Positions 57,705-64,000 of a stretch of DNA of 64,000 nt are shown in pieces. The translations under genes and the position numbers were made by a program. Within the stretch, counting starts at the first letter, position 1. Each line of letters opens with the position of its first letter. The stretch lies in NCBI GenBank assembly GCA_001661245.1, contig KV454012.1, positions 888,848-952,847 on the forward strand, written 5' to 3'. Source of the DNA: Pachysolen tannophilus NRRL Y-2460 (taxonomy: Eukaryota). The notes under the pieces were generated by a model, which was not told where the DNA came from, did no database searches, and worked only from the letters and a program-made list of their open reading frames with translations.

Positions 57705-59741
57705 CTAATCCAAATTTTCAGCCATCAAGTCTTCAGAAATGGCTTCACATCTATCACTAGTTACTTTTAATGCACATCCAATTGCCTTTTTGCTATCTTC
57801 AAAAATTACATCTGACATATCGAAATTACCCTTTTTTTTCCTAAGAACTGTAACAATATGATCAAATATTCCAGAAATGTGTACTATTACATTTGTCTTA
57901 TCAGCTTCTGACAACATTACTGTCATGAAATCTTCTAACAGTTCGTCATTAGAAGCCAAGTTTTTAACACTTGATTTTTCAACATTTTTAATTGGAACCT
58001 TGGTTTTAGTTTCTTTCTTTTCCAGAGGTTCTTCTTCTACTTTTTCTACTTTTGGCTTCTCCTGTTTTTCTGGGAGAGGAGTTTCATCTTCTTCATATGC
58101 GTAGTCATCAACTTCTGATCTTTTTTCTTCTTTCTTTTCTTCTATCTTCTCTTCTGGTTTTTCTTCCACCTTTTCTTCTTTCTTTTCTTCCACCTTTTCT
58201 TCTATTTTCTTTTCTTCAGGTTTTTCTTCTATCTTCTTTTCTTTCTTTTCATCTTTCTTTTCTTCTGACTTTTCTGCTTTCTTTTCCTCTTCTTTTTCTT
58301 GTAATACTGACTGTAGTGTTTGAGCTTCATTTTCAAAATCACTCTTCAACTTACCAGCACTATTTAAAAATCCCCATTGAGATATACTATTAGGAATTAA
58401 TATACTCATTGACAGATCACATTCATTATATTTTTCATCACCAGCATAAGATAAAACTTTAATATTTAAATCTGTTGATGCACTAATATATTCTATATTA
58501 TAAGTTTCTGATTTTAAATCTTTTGCTAATACCATTAAATGTGGTCTATACATTCTATTACCACATGAACAATCTTGAACATTTGTTCTTGGAAATGCAA
58601 CATATAAATCTTGAGTCTTATAATATTCTGGTAAATGTTTTTTAACTAATAATCTTGGAATACGAACTAAATTAGTACCACCTCTTAATGAAGAACCTTC
58701 ATTTCCTGAAATTGGGGATTTAAATACATATTTACAAATTCCAGAATCCATATCACATTCTAAAATTTCAAGTGGATCTAAACCATAAATAAAATGAATA
58801 TTATTATCTTTACTAATTTCTTCAGTGAAAAATGGTACCCAATTTTTTTCTCTTTCTTTTGGTTCTGAATCTTCAATTTGTAATACAGTCATTTCACCTG
58901 TAAATGGTTTATAAATATGCATTCCTCTTTTACCATCTAATATACTACTAATTTGATTAAAAACAATTATAGGTTCTTCATCAACATGACCTTCATTGTT
59001 CATAAATTTTCTTACAATTACTCTTGGATCTTCAGGACCCATATTTTTTGGAGCTTCTTCAAAAGGTATCATTAATACATTTGGAAATTTTAAAATATAA
59101 CCATTTGATTCAACATCAATTTTAAAATCTTTTAATTCATTCCAATTTTTATCAAAAATTTGAACATTACAATAACTAACAGTTGGAGATTCTCTTTTTT
59201 GACCAGGTTTTGCATAAATAACTCTACTAACAACAAAATGAACTTTATATTTTGAAAGCCAAACACTTGAACCTGCAAAACGATCCCATCTACGATCAAT
59301 TATAAATTCTTTAGATTCTTGACTATAATCAGAAAAAGCATATTTAGCTCCAGGATAATTCATTTTTTTCAATCTATCTCTAATTGAATTTAAATCATCT
59401 TGAATTTTTTCCTTTTTTGAAACTTTAATATCACCATAACTTTTTAAACGACGACAATCATTTTTTGAATCTTGTTGACTAAAAGATGTAAACAGTGTCA
59501 ATTGATGTGTTGAATAATCCAGATTTATCATTGAAAGAGAAAGAGCAGATTCAGATAAATTTGAAAAATCTCTTAAAAAATATAATGAATTTGAAATAAG
59601 AGATTTATATTGAACATAAAGTAAAATATTCAGTATTGCAAATAAAAAAGTTGTCAGGGCAAGTCTTTTATGTTTACTAGACTTCCTAACTAACCTTAAA
59701 CTTAACCGACTTAAGGTCTTCATTGATAATAAATTTACCAT
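57705..59741 (-). CDS. Beta-1,2-mannosyltransferase (BMT, GT91 family)
   Basis: Type II membrane anchor; RFAGSSVWL, GPEDPR, EKNWVPFF, LRGGT, CSCG..MYRPHL. Confidence 0.88.
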   Translation of the reverse strand: MVNLLSMKTLSRLSLRLVRKSSKHKRLALTTFLFAILNILLYVQYKSLISNSLYFLRDFSNLSESALSLSMINLDYSTHQLTLFTSFSQQDSKNDCRRLKSYGDIKVSKKEKIQDDLNSIRDRLKKMNYPGAKYAFSDYSQESKEFIIDRRWDRFAGSSVWLSKYKVHFVVSRVIYAKPGQKRESPTVSYCNVQIFDKNWNELKDFKIDVESNGYILKFPNVLMIPFEEAPKNMGPEDPRVIVRKFMNNEGHVDEEPIIVFNQISSILDGKRGMHIYKPFTGEMTVLQIEDSEPKEREKNWVPFFTEEISKDNNIHFIYGLDPLEILECDMDSGICKYVFKSPISGNEGSSLRGGTNLVRIPRLLVKKHLPEYYKTQDLYVAFPRTNVQDCSCGNRMYRPHLMVLAKDLKSETYNIEYISASTDLNIKVLSYAGDEKYNECDLSMSILIPNSISQWGFLNSAGKLKSDFENEAQTLQSVLQEKEEEKKAEKSEEKKDEKKEKKIEEKPEEKKIEEKVEEKKEEKVEEKPEEKIEEKKEEKRSEVDDYAYEEDETPLPEKQEKPKVEKVEEEPLEKKETKTKVPIKNVEKSSVKNLASNDELLEDFMTVMLSEADKTNVIVHISGIFDHIVTVLRKKKGNFDMSDVIFEDSKKAIGCALKVTSDRCEAISEDLMAENLD

Positions 59742-60806
59742 AACAATATAGTATAATTAACAAAAAAGAGAAAAAAAATATTAAAAAAAAAAAAAAAAAA
59801 AGATTTTATATATATATATATATATATAAATAAATATGTATTATGAAATTCAGTTTATTTAAATTATCAGGGTTTATTTATTAAAAGATAATAATTTTTA
59901 ACAAGCGGCAGGCAAAAGAAATAATAAAAAGAAAAAAAAAAGAAAATTTTACAAAGCCTTTTTCTTATTCAATAAGAGGAAGAGATAAAAAAAAAAAAAA
60001 AAAAAAAGAAAAAAGAATTTGGCGAGATCTTAAAAATTCCATTTCAATCAATTTTACTTAATACATGTAACTGCTGCTGCAACTGTTTCTGTTTTACTGT
60101 ATGTAAAAAAAGTCAAAAAAAGTCAAAAAAAAAAAAAAAAAAATTTCTTTTTTTTATAAGTGAAAAATTTAAGAGAAAAAAAAAAAATTTACAGTTCAAA
60201 TCTACAAAGTTTAAAATCAATCTATCTTCTTTATTGTCATTTGCGTGAAGTTAAAAGGGGAATGATGAAACGGAGAATGTATATTAGAAAAAAAAAAAAA
60301 TAAAAATCAATTTTTATCATCAAGTCCACCTATTTTTCTTTTTCTATTTCTTTTGTTTTTAGTTAGTCTCGATGAGGTACTAATGATTATCAACTATAAT
60401 TAAAACTTCTCGCTAATTAATGATAAAATAATATAATGGTATTGTGACCTTTTACCCAAGTAGTATATCTATTACTAAACTTGTGTTGATTGATTATACT
60501 ACTAAATCTATGAATTTCATTAGTATTTTCACAACTTTTTTTCTTTTTTTTTCTTTTTTTCTTTTTTTTCTTTTTTGTTAGTTTCATATGCACACGTAGT
60601 TTATGCACAAGTAGTGTTGCTGGACTATAATTTGGAATCTAAATTTCTCTTTTTAAAGATAAAAGTGGAGCTACAATGCATTAATAGAAATTTTGCCAAG
60701 AATAAAGTTAAGAGTTACTAGTTTTTAAATAATTACTAGGATTTTTTTAAATAAATTATCAGTGTTTAACAATAATAAATATGTTTAAGAAAAAAAAAAA
60801 GTTTAA

Positions 60807-60834
<28 letters not shown>
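60807..60834. repeat. (TTAG)7 microsatellite
   Basis: Read directly. Confidence 0.95.
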
Positions 60835-60837
<3 letters not shown>

Positions 60838-61141
60838 TATTATAGTTGAGATAAGCAGGAGTACAGTTATCAAATTGTTATTATTAATTTTTAATAGATG
60901 AATAGATTGTATATTTTATCATTTATGAATTTTCCATAAAGAAAAAAGAAAAAAAAAAAGAAACAACCTTTCTTTCAGATTGAATAAATGGGGTATTATG
61001 ATTAGAGTTTAGTAGTGGAAAGGCTCCCCAAAGATATAAAAAAAATAAAGGAATTTTTTTTTAAAAAAAAATATAAAAAAAAAAATTAGCCCACCATTTT
61101 TATTTCAATTTTATTATCAAATCTTTTTTTTTTTTTTTTTT

Positions 61142-62803
61142 TCACGATTTATTCGTACCAAAAGAGTAATCACCAGATATCCAAGTATTAACTAAAGCTA
61201 ATGAACTTTCTGGTTGATCATATGGAACCATGTGTCCACCACCATAAACTCTCATAAAGGTGAAAATATCGGAATTTTTAACTTTACCAGCTTCTTTACC
61301 ATCAACCAGCCATGATTTAACTTTAGATGCTTGGAAAGAATCTGCTCCAGACCATGGTAAACTATTTGTCCAAGCTTGATTACCAAGCCAGTTACAAATA
61401 AAATCTTTATCACCTGCATAAATTAAAACTGGTAATCCACCATCTAATAATTCTGTAACTTTCTTAAAATAAGGTTTCATCCAATCACCTGCAAATACAA
61501 AATTTCTATTAACATCAAAATTACAAGATTCATAAGTATCAACTTCAACACCTAATTTTTCTTTTACATCCAGTTGATTTAAATAAGTATCAATATATTC
61601 TAAACCTTTATAACATAATGAAGAACCTTCACACATTTTTCTGATGTCATAAACATTTCTACCAGTTTTTTGATAAGGACCAATTTGTCCATTATTACAA
61701 TAAATTGTTGCTGGAACACAGGCAAATGCTGAACCACTCTCATAACAACTTTCAATTAAAGATAAACATCTTGGTAAAGTATCCAACATACCTTCACATT
61801 CAGCAGGTTCTAAAACTGAATCAGCACCTGAACCTTCACCACATGCCATTGGTTCATAATAGTTATATTGAGTTAATGGATCAGTTAAACCATTACCAAT
61901 CATTACTGATGATAAATTAAAATTTCTTTCAGTATGTTCTAAGATTTCTGCAGCAAATTGAGGAATATAATGACCAGCATAAGATTCACCAGCAATATGA
62001 AATGGTAATTCAGAATATTGTGGGAATTGTTTGAAAAATAATTGTAAAAAAGCATAAACATCCTTACCTGCAGCAACAGTATTACTGATGGAACTAGAAC
62101 TATAAGAATAACCAACATTAACAGGCTGATCTAAAAAGATAACTGAAGCATTAGAATTCCATGAAGTAGGATTACGGATTGGTTTAATCTTGGAATCAAT
62201 TGAAGAAGGACCCAATTCAAAAAATAATCCAGTCAATGAAGAACATCCTGGTCCACCATTTAACCACAAGATAATTGGATCATTTTTAGGATCATTTCTA
62301 GATTCAAAAAACCAAAAGAAAAAATGTTTATCTTCATCTTCAACATCTAAATAACCAGAATATTGAGTAACATCATCAACACCTAAATCTTTTGGAGTAT
62401 TCTTAGCCCTCAATTGATAATTTGGTAATTCATTGTCTTGAATCTTATAATTCCAATTGTCATGCCTCTTTATATTGAACCTTGGTCTTGAAGCAAAATT
62501 TAATTGAGAAACTGCATCTGGGAAAAATAAAGTCATTTCAGACCAAACTTTTTTAAGTTCATCAGAGACAGAATCAACTGATTGACCCAAAGCATTAGCA
62601 GCATGGTCTAACAAACTCATATAGTCCGGATTCAGTTGCAGATGACCACCAACTTTATCGGCAACTTGATCGGCGTTTGATTTTTCAGCCTCGAGTTTCA
62701 AAGGTTGCTGCTGAATATCATTGATAAGATTCTCAATAGATATCCCATTGGCCAAAGCAGCAGCAGCTACCACGGTAGAAATAACAGTCGTAGATAATTT
62801 CAT
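61142..62803 (-). CDS. PRC1: Vacuolar carboxypeptidase Y
   Basis: Signal/propeptide, [34 protein letters not shown] 62803 (the upstream extension is a (GATT)n repeat). Confidence 0.96.
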   Translation of the reverse strand: MKLSTTVISTVVAAAALANGISIENLINDIQQQPLKLEAEKSNADQVADKVGGHLQLNPDYMSLLDHAANALGQSVDSVSDELKKVWSEMTLFFPDAVSQLNFASRPRFNIKRHDNWNYKIQDNELPNYQLRAKNTPKDLGVDDVTQYSGYLDVEDEDKHFFFWFFESRNDPKNDPIILWLNGGPGCSSLTGLFFELGPSSIDSKIKPIRNPTSWNSNASVIFLDQPVNVGYSYSSSSISNTVAAGKDVYAFLQLFFKQFPQYSELPFHIAGESYAGHYIPQFAAEILEHTERNFNLSSVMIGNGLTDPLTQYNYYEPMACGEGSGADSVLEPAECEGMLDTLPRCLSLIESCYESGSAFACVPATIYCNNGQIGPYQKTGRNVYDIRKMCEGSSLCYKGLEYIDTYLNQLDVKEKLGVEVDTYESCNFDVNRNFVFAGDWMKPYFKKVTELLDGGLPVLIYAGDKDFICNWLGNQAWTNSLPWSGADSFQASKVKSWLVDGKEAGKVKNSDIFTFMRVYGGGHMVPYDQPESSLALVNTWISGDYSFGTNKS

Positions 62804-63251
62804 TTTCCTAATGATTGATTGATTGATTGATTGATTGAACTGTTGTATCTTTATCACCTTGTCTTTTTATTTCTTTGTCTCTATTATCAGTAATTTAATT
62901 GCCTGACACAAATACGATAATAACGGCGCTAATAACAGAGTAATAAAAACTTAGCAATTAATTAATTAACAAAAAAATTCAAATAATTTCTTTCCATATA
63001 TATTATACAGATATCCTGATAGAATTTATCAAGTGTATCTAAATAAATATATATTGAATTTATTTGTTAAATATATATATAAATACAAATATATATATAT
63101 AAATAAATTGTACGATGTAATTTAATATGTAAATAATTAAAAGATAACCATTTCGATAATAATAGTAGAAAAAAGCGACAAAAAGGGAAATGGCTCTAGC
63201 CTCCTGCCTATTCGGGGAAGCCAAAAGATTCCTAAAACGAAACTAACCAAT

Positions 63252-63259
63252 TTACCCGG
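63252..63259 (+). promoter_or_regulatory. Reb1-like site TTACCCGG in the PRC1/CHS7 divergent promoter
   Basis: Exact match to the Reb1 consensus TTACCCG. Confidence 0.4.
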
Positions 63260-63539
63260 AGAAAAACATAGCAAGCAGCACAGAACAAGAACAGGAAGAA
63301 GAAACAAAAATAGAAAAACAAATTTCCGGATTGGGGAGAAAAAACAATTTCAAGGACGTGCACCAAGCTACTTAAAAGTACCAAAACGGAAAACAACATT
63401 TAAGAATGTTGTATCTCAATTAGTAAAACAAAACAAATATATATATATGTGGATATAAGTATGGATATGGATATATTTAGATATATATATATATGTGTGT
63501 GTGGATATATGCTTTGAGGCCTAGGCGCTAAGGTCGACA

Positions 63540-64000
63540 ATGCATTTTGGTGATTTTCAGTCTATATGTTTGAGGACGCTGCTTCCATTATGTTCGGTGG
63601 TGAGTTCAGAAACGAGATTAGATGAGTACTTTGTCACCGGTACTCTTCCAGAGTGTTATGCGAGAGCAGTGGAATTATCGAATACGATGATTTATGAAGT
63701 TGGTAATGCGTTTATACATATACTGGGGATATTTGTTTGTTTTATTATTCTTTTCAATGTTAAGCGTAAATATACCGCTATAGCGCGTTCTGAGATGTTA
63801 ATTTTTTTCTATCTTTTTGCTGCTTTGACAATTGCATCTTTATTGGTTGATTGTGGAGTATCTCCTCCTGGAACTTCAAGTTATGCTTACTTTGTGGCAG
63901 TACAAATTGGCTTGGTAGGAAGCTGTTGTTGGGCATTGATGGTAAATGGGTTCATATATTTTCAAATATGGGAAGATGGTACAACAAAATCACTTTTATT
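63540..64000 (+). CDS. CHS7: Chitin synthase export chaperone, 5' part (runs off the window; absent from the ORF track)
   Basis: My translation: MHFGDFQSIC..LPLCSVV..PECYARAVELSNTMIYEVGNAFIHI..KRKYTAIARSEM..VDCGVSPPG..FQIWEDGT. Confidence 0.93.
   Translation, partial: MHFGDFQSICLRTLLPLCSVVSSETRLDEYFVTGTLPECYARAVELSNTMIYEVGNAFIHILGIFVCFIILFNVKRKYTAIARSEMLIFFYLFAALTIASLLVDCGVSPPGTSSYAYFVAVQIGLVGSCCWALMVNGFIYFQIWEDGTTKSLL

Noticed and set aside
62804..62857. N-terminal extension of PRC1 (NQSINQSI) and other TTG/GTG-started extensions in the ORF track
   Set aside because: Derived from a (GATT)n repeat or bacterial-style start calling; first in-frame ATGs used instead
1..64000. tRNA, rRNA, CRISPR arrays, intact transposons
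   Set aside because: No cloverleaf or A/B-box pair, repeat-spacer array, or transposase/RT ORF recognised by eye

Overview
AT-rich budding-yeast (Saccharomycotina) chromosomal segment. CTG codons fall where homologues have Ala (REI1, FAA, RTG2, COA6), pointing to the CUG-Ala clade (Pachysolen tannophilus or relatives such as Nakazawaea/Peterozyma); CTG-encoded 'L' in the ORF track is probably A. It holds 24 protein-coding genes: GPI2, TAF5, RTG2, MIM1, an orphan 411-aa ORF, PAF1, DPB11, MRPL37, NUP82, SDH8, GPI7/LAS21, REI1, RRP6, ADP1, PYC, VPS17, a 4-exon YOR131C-like HAD hydrolase, APM3 (one intron), FET3, CLD1, FAA1/4, COA6, IBD2-like and a BMT mannosyltransferase. PRC1 and the 5' part of CHS7 follow at the right end, making 26 in all. 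Main leads: (1) the intact orphan ORF at 7990-9225 has a motif series resembling negative-strand RNA virus (Qinviridae-like) nucleocapsids, a candidate domesticated endogenous viral gene; (2) a ~6.7 kb gene-free block (24.4-31.1 kb) between RRP6 and ADP1, with few poly(A) tracts and a GC-skew sign flip near 28.0-28.1 kb, is a candidate regional centromere/origin. No tRNA, rRNA, CRISPR or intact transposon was recognised. All gene names come from remembered family motifs, not database searches.
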